DNA of 64,000 bases from an uncultured bacterium. GTDB taxonomy: Bacteria; Patescibacteriota; Minisyncoccia; Minisyncoccales; UBA5738. The position numbers and the translations under genes are program-made. The notes under the pieces were generated by a model. That model saw only the letters and a program-made list of their open reading frames with translations. It did not search any database and was not told the origin of the DNA. Positions 44,080 through 53,035 of this stretch are shown here, one piece after another; within the stretch, counting starts at the first letter, position 1; every line of letters starts with the position of its first letter. Location: the NCBI GenBank assembly GCA_903847095.1, contig CAINCQ010000024.1, positions 16,628 to 80,627 of the forward strand, read 5' to 3'.

Positions 44080-44907
44080 TTGAGACCATGCGTTGTATTG
44101 AAAGCCCATTCACAAAAAGAAGAGTCATCGACCGCTTATTGCGTAAATTCTACCGGAGAAAATCCCGTAGACCTGACGATGGGGTTTGCCGATTCCCAGA
44201 TCGAAGCGAGGTTTTTACCGACAATCCCGATGAAGCTTATGATAGCGAACGGTTTTGACTGGTCGCTTGACGGAGAAATAAAACTTTTTCCTTTCGAAAG
44301 CAATAAAAGCGGTCATAAATATATTCGCCGTTATTCAATGGGCCGATATTCGTCGCTTGCGGCCGTTAACGTCGTAAACAGCAAGGGTTTTTTCCGGGCA
44401 TTATTGCCGCAAATGAATTCCCTCATTAAAAAGTTGGCCGATGAGAACGCGGTGTATCAAAGCGCTGAATGTCAATGGGGTGCGTCATTTGCCGGAGCCG
44501 ACCTGACGGAAACAGAAATTACCTTTGCCCGGATCGGAAATTCTTTGATCGTTATCGAAACGGACGAAGAGGTAATAGTAAAATTGGCCGAGCGGAAATA
44601 CCATTATCTGGACGGAAATTTTTCGGCGGGTGATTTTATCGAATGGGACGTGTTTCCGCTTGACCGGGTCAAGCGGGCTGCTTTCCTGGTTTGTAGCAAT
44701 TCGATATTGCCATTCCCGCTGGTGGAGGCGGCCACTCCGGAAGAATTGAGGGATTTTTGTGGCGATATTAAGCAGTGGTGGAAGGAGTTAGGCCCGAAAA
44801 GAACGATAGAGTGGGTAATGAATGAACAAACAACCGAAACGGATTATGCCGCAATCTGTCTTCATCTCGACGACAAGAGCCGCGCAATAGAACCAAATCA
44901 AGGATAA
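44080..44907 (+). CDS. Hypothetical protein (275 aa)
   Basis: TTGACA-N16-TATTAT at 44022-44049. GGAGG at 44068 lies 7 nt before the TTG start. Confidence 0.55.
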   Translation: MRPCVVLKAHSQKEESSTAYCVNSTGENPVDLTMGFADSQIEARFLPTIPMKLMIANGFDWSLDGEIKLFPFESNKSGHKYIRRYSMGRYSSLAAVNVVNSKGFFRALLPQMNSLIKKLADENAVYQSAECQWGASFAGADLTETEITFARIGNSLIVIETDEEVIVKLAERKYHYLDGNFSAGDFIEWDVFPLDRVKRAAFLVCSNSILPFPLVEAATPEELRDFCGDIKQWWKELGPKRTIEWVMNEQTTETDYAAICLHLDDKSRAIEPNQG

Positions 44908-44926
44908 CCTTGATTTTTTTGTTTTT

Positions 44927-45436
44927 TTGTGTTATGAATATAAACGGTTAAATAAGTTCATTGAAAGGGTGAGAAGTTTGCCAATACCGAAAGTGAGCGA
45001 TATCAGGTATTTTAAATGTAAGGGCCCATGGGATACGAAATCGGGTGGCGTGCTTAATGTTTTATTTGCCATTCCGGACGAAGAGCTTGCCGGATTTTTC
45101 GTAAAAAGTCCGATAAGCGGATTCAGAATATACCAAGTTTCTAATCCGGAAATAGAAAAACCGGGGGGAATGGAGTGGCATATTTACCGGCAGGAAATAG
45201 TTTTAGTGCCGCGCGGCCGGGTAGAGTGGATCTTTGAGGACGCGTGGGGAAATAAGATTAAGTTCGTTCAGGATGGCAGCGTGGCGGTTTGGATTCCAGG
45301 CTATATTGTCCATTCATATAAAGCTTTGGACGAATGTTCGATCATTGTGATCGCTAACACGCTTTACGATCCGGTTGATCCGGAAACGTACGATACCTAT
45401 GTTCGGGAGAAGCTGTTCGAGCTTATCCCGAAATAA
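44927..45436 (+). CDS. Cupin-fold protein, possibly WxcM/FdtA-like sugar isomerase; start uncertain
   Basis: GGMEWHIYRQEIVLVPRGRVEWIF...VWIPGYIVHSYKALDECSIIVIANTLYDP resembles the WxcM C-terminal cupin, from recollection. TTG 44927 or GTG 44969. Confidence 0.45.
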   Translation: MCYEYKRLNKFIERVRSLPIPKVSDIRYFKCKGPWDTKSGGVLNVLFAIPDEELAGFFVKSPISGFRIYQVSNPEIEKPGGMEWHIYRQEIVLVPRGRVEWIFEDAWGNKIKFVQDGSVAVWIPGYIVHSYKALDECSIIVIANTLYDPVDPETYDTYVREKLFELIPK

Positions 45437-45516
45437 ACAGTCCGCCCGTAAAAGGCGGCTTTTTGTTTCGCGCAAGGCAACAAAAAATCGCCAAGCGGGT
45501 GGTTTTTTGTTATAAT
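45434..45516 (+). repeat. Repeat family 1 copy (internally deleted box A, two hairpins, extended -10 TGTTATAAT)
   Basis: TAAACAGTCCGCCCGTAAAAGGCGGCTTTTTG...AAAAAATCGCCAAGCGGGTGGTTTTTTGTTATAAT. Confidence 0.6.
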
Positions 45517-45556
45517 ATTTGTGTAAGTAAAATGTCAAAAAATAATTAAACAAAAT

Positions 45557-46108
45557 ATGTTCATAAAAAAAGGAAAAACGAATTGGACGCTAGTCATTGT
45601 CGTAGCATTGGTCGCGGGAGCGGTGAGTGGAGGGTTGGTCGTATACATTAACGATACGGTCAAAGAAACGAGCTCGTTGATATCTTCGGATGTTTTGGTA
45701 AACCAAAGTAAAACCCAGGGAAACCAGATCCAGGCCATTGCCATAAAAGATGTTTTAACTTTCGCGAACAACCATCTTAGCGATACGTCTTCCCCTCGGG
45801 TGCAAACGCAAGGAACCATCGTTGACATCGATTACGATCCGACCTATGCCAGCATTATTATCACCGACAACGGAAGCAATTACATCTTGGCGGTTGTGAG
45901 CCATGCGGACATGGCAGCGGTAAATTCCCCTTATCCGGGTATTGTTTCCAAGTTGCAAAAAAATGAGATCTTAGGGGTTTCGGGTACGGTAAGTTTTACC
46001 GCACCCGGGGCTTGGGCGGAAACCGAAAAAACGAAATTGGAAGCCCAAAATTTGCCGACGCAAATCGGTATGATCAGCGTGGACAGCTTGGTGCCGGCCG
46101 CAAAGTAA
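45557..46108 (+). CDS. Hypothetical membrane-anchored protein (183 aa)
   Basis: N-terminal anchor WTLVIVVALVAGAVSGGLVVYI; no recognisable family. Confidence 0.55.
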   Translation: MFIKKGKTNWTLVIVVALVAGAVSGGLVVYINDTVKETSSLISSDVLVNQSKTQGNQIQAIAIKDVLTFANNHLSDTSSPRVQTQGTIVDIDYDPTYASIIITDNGSNYILAVVSHADMAAVNSPYPGIVSKLQKNEILGVSGTVSFTAPGAWAETEKTKLEAQNLPTQIGMISVDSLVPAAK

Positions 46109-46351
46109 ATATTGACCGGCTTGGTCTATAAAAAAGTTTATTGAAATGAACCGGCCCCGCTTCCCGCGGGGCTGGTTTTTTGATCTTCAAAGATGTTATA
46201 TTTAATCAACGGCTTAAGGATGTTGAGCGGATATCAAAAATAGCCAAAAAGTGTTTTTGCGGATTCCAAAGAAGGAACTCCTTTGGCCAATCCACAGGGT
46301 TAATGTCCTGCGGTATTGAAATACATTAAAAAGATAAATAAATTTACAAAT

Positions 46352-46963
46352 ATGGATAAAAAAATAATTTTAATCGGCGGATCGCCCTGTGTTGGTAAAA
46401 GCTTTATAGCTAGATCGCTTTCGATAGAATTTAAAATTCCTTGGTTTTCCACGGACGGTATCCGGGATTTCATGAGAGAGATCGCCAAGCCAGAGGAATA
46501 TCCCAGCCTTTTTTATTTATTGGATAAAAAACCCGAGGATTATCTGGTCGATCATACGCCGATACAGGTTATGGAAGACCAGAATAAAGAAAGTTTCGAT
46601 GTCTGGAAAGGAGTTAAAGCCTGGATCAAGACCGACTATAATTGGGATTCATTTATTGTCGAAGGCGTTGCCGTTTTACCGGAATTGATCGCCAGAGATT
46701 TTGGAGACTATAAGGATATCAAGCCGGTATTTCTTTTTAACGGGAACAAGGACAAAGTAAGGGAAACCATTTATAAACGCGGTTTATGGGGAAAGCCGGG
46801 CGAACTTCCCGATAGCGTTAAAGATAAAGAAGTGGAATGGGTATTGGTATTCAATGATTGGTTGAAAAAAGAGGTCGAAAAATATGGTTTTCTGGCCGTT
46901 GAGGCGGAAAGCGGCGTATTTGATATTAAAAAGTTGGCAACTTTAGTGGGTAGCAGGGACTAA
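46352..46963 (+). CDS. P-loop NTPase/kinase-like protein
   Basis: Walker A IGGSPCVGKS immediately after the MDKKIILIGG start. Confidence 0.65.
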   Translation: MDKKIILIGGSPCVGKSFIARSLSIEFKIPWFSTDGIRDFMREIAKPEEYPSLFYLLDKKPEDYLVDHTPIQVMEDQNKESFDVWKGVKAWIKTDYNWDSFIVEGVAVLPELIARDFGDYKDIKPVFLFNGNKDKVRETIYKRGLWGKPGELPDSVKDKEVEWVLVFNDWLKKEVEKYGFLAVEAESGVFDIKKLATLVGSRD

Positions 46964-47070
46964 TAGTTATCGAATTTGTTAAAAAAGACGGAACAGGCAA
47001 TCAATGTGAATCTAACCGCTTTTTTTGGTATAATAAAACCAAGAAGGTCATAATAAATATTGTAAAAAAT

Positions 47071-47373
47071 ATGAATAAATTTATTGACTTTATTCGTGAG
47101 CAGGGGGTTGTGGGCTTAGCCGTGGGTTTTATCCTTGGCGGAGCGGTTTCAAAAGTCGTTTCGGCGCTTGTTGCCGATATTATTAATCCTCTTTTGGGTT
47201 TGGCGCTTGGCGCGGCTCAGGGGTTAAAGACCGCTTCGATTAATATTGGTTCGGCTCAGATCCTGTATGGAGACCTTTTAAGCGTTATCATTGATTTTTT
47301 AGTGATCGCTCTCGTTGTTTATTACGGGGTCAAGCTGATCGGTTTCGATAAGCTTGACAAAAAGAAAGAATAA
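47071..47373 (+). CDS. mscL: Large-conductance mechanosensitive channel (short form)
   Basis: FIDFIREQGVVGLAVGFILGGAVSKVVSALVADIINPLLG is a typical MscL N-terminus, TM1 and loop. Confidence 0.9.
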   Translation: MNKFIDFIREQGVVGLAVGFILGGAVSKVVSALVADIINPLLGLALGAAQGLKTASINIGSAQILYGDLLSVIIDFLVIALVVYYGVKLIGFDKLDKKKE

Positions 47374-47435
47374 TAACATTTCGGAAAAGCGGAAATGAAC
47401 GGTTAAAAGGCCAATAGTCTAAAAAAATAAAAATT

Positions 47436-47834
47436 ATGAAGGGATTTAACGCAAACATCGAAAAAGATACAATAGAGAACAATAATTTCCGGAAAGTGCT
47501 TTATACCTCAAAATACAGCCAGTTGGTTTTGATGAGCTTAAAGCCCGAAGAAGAGATCGGCATGGAGGTCCATCCCGATAACGATCAATTTTTCCGCTTT
47601 GAGGTTGGCGAGGGTAAGGTAGTGATCGACGGCAACGAGTACGTTGTGAAAGATGGTTCCGCGATTGTGGTGCCGGCGGGAGCCCAGCATAACGTCACTA
47701 ATATATCCGTGAGCTCGGATCTGAAGCTTTACACTATTTATTCCCCGGCGCACCACCTGGACGGGATAGTGAGGGCGACCAAAGCAGAAGCAACGGCCAA
47801 TGGACCGGAGTTTGACGGTAAAACTACCGAATAG
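47436..47834 (+). CDS. Cupin domain protein
   Basis: Cupin motifs GMEVHPDNDQFFRFEVGEG and AIVVPAGAQHNVTN. Confidence 0.7.
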   Translation: MKGFNANIEKDTIENNNFRKVLYTSKYSQLVLMSLKPEEEIGMEVHPDNDQFFRFEVGEGKVVIDGNEYVVKDGSAIVVPAGAQHNVTNISVSSDLKLYTIYSPAHHLDGIVRATKAEATANGPEFDGKTTE

Positions 47835-47946
47835 GCGGTAATTTTTTGCCAAGTTCAAGGAAAAAGCATCAAAAAAAACCGCCGTTAGGCGGTTTTTCCA
47901 TGGGTAGGCTCATGGTCTATCCGTGGTCATAAATTATTTTGCTTTG

Positions 47947-48062
47947 CGTTAGACATCGCAGGCCGTTCAACGGGCGATTAATCAAAAAGTCGCTGATCAA
48001 GCGGCTTTTGTTCAGCGTCAGTCATCAAAAAGTCGCTGATCAAGCGGCTTTTTGATATAATC
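47947..48062 (+). repeat. Repeat family 1 locus: box-A-like start plus two tandem B2 terminator copies (47981-48009, 48024-48052) and extended -10 TGATATAAT
   Basis: ATCAAAAAGTCGCTGATCAAGCGGCTTTT occurs twice, 43 nt apart. Confidence 0.75.
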
Positions 48063-48106
48063 AATAATTACTGCGCGTATTTGTTTCTCAAAAGAAAGCG
48101 GGCAAT

Positions 48107-50476
48107 ATGTCAAAAAAAACACCGATGGTCAAACCAAAAAACAAAGAAGAGATTTCTTCTCTTTTTGTCATCCGTAAAAACCTCAGGGATGTTTTGATCC
48201 AGAATACCGTCAATCTCGTCAACGGTATTTTTTTGGCCGTTTCACTTTTATTGTTGGTGTTTGGCGAGGTGCACGAATCCTTGTTTTTGGGCGGTGTTAT
48301 TTTTTTGAATCTTACGATCGGGATCATCCAGGACTTGCGCGCCAAGGTTGCTTTGGAAAAATTACGTATTCTTTTGGCGCCCAAGATCATTCGCATTAAA
48401 AAAGATGGCGGGGAAGAGGAAATAACGTTGAGCCAAGTAGCTAAAAACGATACTTTAAAGATCAGCCTCGGAGACCAGATACCGGCTGACGGGGAAGTGG
48501 TCGAAAGCGGCAATTTGGAGGTTAACGAAGCTTTGATCACGGGCGAATCCAATTATATAAGAAAAAAAGGGGGCGACAGCGTGCTGGCGGGAAGCGTGGT
48601 AATGGCGGGTTATGCCTCGATGCGCGTGGAGAACCGGCCGCGGGACAGTTATGTGAGCTTAATGACCGAAAAATTAAAAAAATACGATCCGAATCCCAGC
48701 CCGATTCAGAAAACCTTGAACTCGTTCGTAAAGTACATGTCTTATGTTCTTTTGATGATCGTTATTTACGTTATCGGCCACGGCCTTACGGTCAACGAAT
48801 TGTTCGTTTCAATGATAAAAGACATCGGCGCCCTCACCGGGACGCTGGTACCCCAGGGACTTATTTTATCGACAACGATGCTCTTCGCTTACGGAGCGTT
48901 GAAGCTGTCGAAAGAACGTGTGTTGATGCAGGAGATCAATGCTTCCGAAAAACTTGGCAGGATAAAAAACCTCTGCATCGATAAAACCGGTACGCTTACG
49001 ATAAGCCGTCCGGTAATGGAAGAGATCATCCTTTATGGCGATAACGATCATTATGCCGTTGAACAGATAGCCATGGGTTACATCAACGCCAATAATGACG
49101 GTTCAGGGATCGCCAGGGCGATTCAGGAAAAAATAAATTCCCCGTTCAACGGTACGGTTATCGATGCGGTGCCGTTTTCCTCGGAAAGGAAGTACGGGGG
49201 AGCGACGTTGAGGATCGGGAAAAAATTCCTGAAAGTCGTGATGGGTGCTCCCGATATCCTGATGGACTCCGTTCAGGATGATAATGAGAGGCGCTGGCTT
49301 AACGAACAGGTAAATTATTACGCTTCAAAAGCAAAACGCCTGCTTCTTCTGGCCGAAGACGCAAGCCAGCCATCGGAACAATCTTCGGGGATTGTCGTTC
49401 TGCGGCCTTTGGCTTTGTTCGTTCTTTCGGACCGTTTGCGGCGGGGTACCGAAAAAATAATCGATTTTTTCCAAAAGAAAGGTGTTCGGATAAGGGTGAT
49501 ATCCGGAGACAACCCTCAAACCGTCAAGGCAGTCGCGGAGCAGGCCGGGATCCAGTATACCGATATGGTGATAACCGGTCCGGAAATGGATTTTTGGGAC
49601 GACGTGCAATATGAAGAAAGGGTTCCGGCTTTCCATTTGTTTGCCCGTATCAAACCCGCTCAAAAAGAAAAGATCGTCAATTTATTGAAAAAATCGGGAT
49701 TTACCGCGATGATCGGCGATGGCGCGAACGATGCCCTAGCCATCAAGAAGGCCGATCTGGGTATTGCCATGTTTGACGGGGCGCAAGCGACCCGAAAGAT
49801 CGCGCAAGTGGTTTTAGTCGACAACAGTTTCGTTGCCTTACCCAAGGGGGTCCATATCGCGGAGGCGATCATTACCAATGTCGAACTTATCGCGAGCATA
49901 TTTTTCAATAAAGTTGTAATGGGGCTTGTTTTGTTTTTAATAATGGCGTTTCTTGGCTATTCTTATCCGCTGTCTCCGAGCAATACTACGATCATAAATT
50001 ATTTCACGGTTTGGTTGCCGATGGTTTATTGGACCATGTTCCTTTCCGTCGGGGAGGAGATGGGCGAAAAAATATCGTTCAAAAAAAAGATCTTGCCGTT
50101 TTCATTGATTAACGGCATAATTATGGCGGGCGCTGCCGCGTTGGTCTTTATGCTGGTGCCGGGCGTTATTAAAAGTTCTGATTCCAATTCTTTGATCGTG
50201 GTTACTCTCGTTGCTCTCGGTTATTGGTTTTTCGTGCTGGCGGCGCTTAATTACGATACGATACCCAACGGGAAACAAGCATCCATGCTCGCGATTCTCG
50301 GGTTAGCGGTAATGGCAGTTATGGCGGCCGCCATTTATGCAACACCCGCGTCGAAATTTTTTGATCTTCAGGTTCCTACCTTAATACAAATGGCCATAAC
50401 GGCCGGCATAATTTTTGTGGCCGGCTTTATGCAATACCTGGTCGCGTCGCGCTGGTTTAAGCACAAACTTTCCTGA
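48107..50476 (+). CDS. P-type cation-transporting ATPase
   Basis: Actuator TGES (ITGESNYIRK), phosphorylation site CIDKTGTLT and hinge MIGDGANDALAIKKADLGIAM. About 10 TM helices. Confidence 0.9.
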   Translation: MSKKTPMVKPKNKEEISSLFVIRKNLRDVLIQNTVNLVNGIFLAVSLLLLVFGEVHESLFLGGVIFLNLTIGIIQDLRAKVALEKLRILLAPKIIRIKKDGGEEEITLSQVAKNDTLKISLGDQIPADGEVVESGNLEVNEALITGESNYIRKKGGDSVLAGSVVMAGYASMRVENRPRDSYVSLMTEKLKKYDPNPSPIQKTLNSFVKYMSYVLLMIVIYVIGHGLTVNELFVSMIKDIGALTGTLVPQGLILSTTMLFAYGALKLSKERVLMQEINASEKLGRIKNLCIDKTGTLTISRPVMEEIILYGDNDHYAVEQIAMGYINANNDGSGIARAIQEKINSPFNGTVIDAVPFSSERKYGGATLRIGKKFLKVVMGAPDILMDSVQDDNERRWLNEQVNYYASKAKRLLLLAEDASQPSEQSSGIVVLRPLALFVLSDRLRRGTEKIIDFFQKKGVRIRVISGDNPQTVKAVAEQAGIQYTDMVITGPEMDFWDDVQYEERVPAFHLFARIKPAQKEKIVNLLKKSGFTAMIGDGANDALAIKKADLGIAMFDGAQATRKIAQVVLVDNSFVALPKGVHIAEAIITNVELIASIFFNKVVMGLVLFLIMAFLGYSYPLSPSNTTIINYFTVWLPMVYWTMFLSVGEEMGEKISFKKKILPFSLINGIIMAGAAALVFMLVPGVIKSSDSNSLIVVTLVALGYWFFVLAALNYDTIPNGKQASMLAILGLAVMAVMAAAIYATPASKFFDLQVPTLIQMAITAGIIFVAGFMQYLVASRWFKHKLS

Positions 50477-50502
50477 CGGTTTTTGGATTTTTAATGATAC
50501 GG

Positions 50503-50531
50503 TAAAAAACGCCCTATAAGGCGGTTTTTTT
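50503..50531 (+). terminator. Intrinsic terminator (B1-like)
   Basis: AAAAAACGCC-CTATAA-GGCGGTTTTTTT. Confidence 0.7.
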
Positions 50532-50572
50532 AAAATACCAGTGAAGCAGTTTATAGGACCGCTCTTCTCGCC

Positions 50573-50600
50573 TTGACTTTTTTTAAAATTGTTGTAATAA
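50573..50600 (+). promoter_or_regulatory. Sigma70-like promoter TTGACT-N16-TAATAA with structured leader
   Basis: TTGACT at 50573-50578. The leader hairpin TTCCTTGCC-N13-GGCAAGGAA lies at 50605-50635, followed by GGAAGGAGG before ATG 50688. Confidence 0.6.
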
Positions 50601-50687
50601 TAATTCCTTGCCAAGCTTTTTGATCGGCAAGGAATCAGAACCTTAAAAACTCTAAAACCCTTAAACTGGGAAGGAGGATTGGTGTGA

Positions 50688-51986
50688 ATGAGTGGAATAG
50701 ATAGAGTGCCGGCCATGGCTTTTTACCATCCGGACGGTTTGGTGGCGGCTTGGAAACAAGCCCGGTCGCCCGCTTTTATGGGAAAGAAAGGAAGGATTGC
50801 CACATTGCCCGATATTGTCGAAGCGCGTCTTGGATCTTATCCGGACGGGGCAGCGTGGAGAAAATATTTTACCACGTTAAGCGCCGAATATATGGGGTTT
50901 GGTTCCAACGGAGGCCGCATTTTGATTGTGGCTCACGGGATCGGTCCGATGGCGACTTTGGACGGGATACTCAAAGCTTATAGCTATGAGTATAACGACA
51001 AAGAAAGAAACCATCGCGGCGGCCGGATCACAGAAGAACAATTCCGGGACCTGGAAATGGGAAAATACGGCGATGTGGAAATCGTTGACCTTGAAGAAAT
51101 ACTGGATTGGTACAAATATCCGTTTTTAGAACAATTGAGTGCCGGAGAAGCATTGTGGGAACCCTTGCTTAGGGCTCGCCTGGGTTGCCATTACGACGAT
51201 TACATCGAGCGGCATGAATCATTCGCCCGCGATTGGCATAAAATTCGGGGACACGAAACGATCATCGATCCGATTCCTGATCCGCAGATCATTAAAATGG
51301 GCGATGCCGCCAATTGCGGATACGCTTATCATTTACCCAAGGACGGATCGGCAATCGCGCATTTGTTGGTGATTGGCGGATTGATGGAGGTAAGTTCCTG
51401 CGGCAACCGTATTCCCGGCCTAATTTGTGATATCAACTGTCATGAGTGGTGGAATGGCGTGCGGCTTGTCGGAGTTAGGAACGGAGCCGAAGTAAAAGCT
51501 ATTCATCCGGGTATCGGCAATACATTCGGTCTGATCAAGCGCCATTGGCGGGCTTTGTTAAAACCCGTAAGAGACCCGCCTGCATCCGGCTTTCATCCAT
51601 TGATAAGGCTGGACAAAGGGGTTTGGTTCACTCAATGCGCCAAAAGGGGCGCCGGTATGGATACTTTTGAACCGGAATTCCCCATTGAGAAATTCGAATG
51701 TTTGGGCCAGCCGGTCAAATTTACCAGCGATACCCTGGGATACTACGGGTTCTATAAATACGACATCAGAGCGCTGATGATTTTGGCGCCGCCGGAAGCG
51801 AATAGCTATTATCTGGTTGGCGAAGCCAAGAACATCTGGGATGACGACGGCCCGGAAAGGCAATATTGCTATGTGCAGTTCTGCCGGTCAAAGATCGATT
51901 ACAGCCAGCGTTTGATCAGGGAAAACCAGCTGGCGAACGATCCGGATCTGATAAAGATCTTATTAGAAGCCGAGGAGGAAGAGTAA
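50688..51986 (+). CDS. Hypothetical protein (432 aa), no recognisable domain
   Basis: Strong RBS and promoter, and coding-like composition; no motif I can assign. Confidence 0.6.
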   Translation: MSGIDRVPAMAFYHPDGLVAAWKQARSPAFMGKKGRIATLPDIVEARLGSYPDGAAWRKYFTTLSAEYMGFGSNGGRILIVAHGIGPMATLDGILKAYSYEYNDKERNHRGGRITEEQFRDLEMGKYGDVEIVDLEEILDWYKYPFLEQLSAGEALWEPLLRARLGCHYDDYIERHESFARDWHKIRGHETIIDPIPDPQIIKMGDAANCGYAYHLPKDGSAIAHLLVIGGLMEVSSCGNRIPGLICDINCHEWWNGVRLVGVRNGAEVKAIHPGIGNTFGLIKRHWRALLKPVRDPPASGFHPLIRLDKGVWFTQCAKRGAGMDTFEPEFPIEKFECLGQPVKFTSDTLGYYGFYKYDIRALMILAPPEANSYYLVGEAKNIWDDDGPERQYCYVQFCRSKIDYSQRLIRENQLANDPDLIKILLEAEEEE

Positions 51987-52249
51987 TGGCGTTGGTAAAG
52001 GAAGACCTGGCTAACCTGGTATCGGAAGCCGACAAGTCGATGTTTAAAAACTTGGAAAAAAAGATAGACATGGAGTTGCAGATTAAATATTCTCCTGGCG
52101 TATCAGTTACGGTGTCCCTGAAAGGTTCCGAATACAACCAAAGGGTTTTGGACAAAGTGAAAAGAATTTATCAAGATTCCGCACACGGCTGGAAAGTGGA
52201 ATTAGTCAGTGACCAGAGAGAAAGTCAGGATTATCTGATTTTCAGCTGA
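51986..52249 (+). CDS. Hypothetical small protein (87 aa), translationally coupled (TAATG)
   Basis: The ATG overlaps the upstream stop, and GAGGAGGAAGAG lies just upstream. Terminator at 52262-52286. Confidence 0.55.
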   Translation: MALVKEDLANLVSEADKSMFKNLEKKIDMELQIKYSPGVSVTVSLKGSEYNQRVLDKVKRIYQDSAHGWKVELVSDQRESQDYLIFS

Positions 52250-52354
52250 CGAGGTATTCAGGCTTGGGATAAACCCAAGCTTTTTGTTTGTCCGGCTTGT
52301 GTTTTAATGAAAATAGGTTATTATCTTGGCCAGCACATTCAATCGGTGAGTTAA

Positions 52355-52888
52355 ATGGAAGAAAGCGAGAAATATATCGAGGAAACGATAGGATTGATTC
52401 CGGAAACCGGATGTTCGCGCCAGGTTAGAATATTGCTGAACGCTTTTTTTATCAGGCCGCGAATAAAAAAGCTTTCAAACTACGGTCTTATGGCCGTGGC
52501 GTTCAGCAAGCCAGACCAACACTTACTGTCTTTCTATGAATTATTCGATCGCCTCGCGTCCCAAAAAATCGAGTTTAAAGATCTGTTGATTTTGATGCAG
52601 ACCTTGCGGGAGGTGAGGGAAACCGGAAAGATCTGGTCTATGTATTGTTGTTCAATCGAAGAATTGGATCGTCAGATCAAGACCGGCGATCCGGAAAAAA
52701 TCATCGAGGGAATATCCATAGCTTATAAAGACTATGGCTTATCAAGACGGATCATTGTTCAAATCGAAGGGATTCTGGCCGTAAGGTCCGACGGATTGGA
52801 GATTGGAAAACGGCTGCTTAGCGCCATTCCCGACTTTAACCTGGATTATCTAACGCGAATAAACCAAGCGCGAAAAAATACCGATTGA
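52355..52888 (+). CDS. Hypothetical protein (177 aa)
   Basis: ORF-track ORF. GGTGAG lies 6 nt before the ATG, and a terminator follows at 52889-52910 (CCTAGC-CTGA-GCTAGG plus T6). Confidence 0.55.
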   Translation: MEESEKYIEETIGLIPETGCSRQVRILLNAFFIRPRIKKLSNYGLMAVAFSKPDQHLLSFYELFDRLASQKIEFKDLLILMQTLREVRETGKIWSMYCCSIEELDRQIKTGDPEKIIEGISIAYKDYGLSRRIIVQIEGILAVRSDGLEIGKRLLSAIPDFNLDYLTRINQARKNTD

Positions 52889-53035
52889 CCTAGCCTGAGC
52901 TAGGTTTTTTCTTTCCCGCAAGGCCGGGTTTATGGTAAAATACTGTCGAGAGCGATATTTCTATAAAGCAATTCAACCGCGGTCAAAAGTTTGTTGCCAT
53001 CAATCATAAGGTTAAAAACCAATATTTTATAAATT

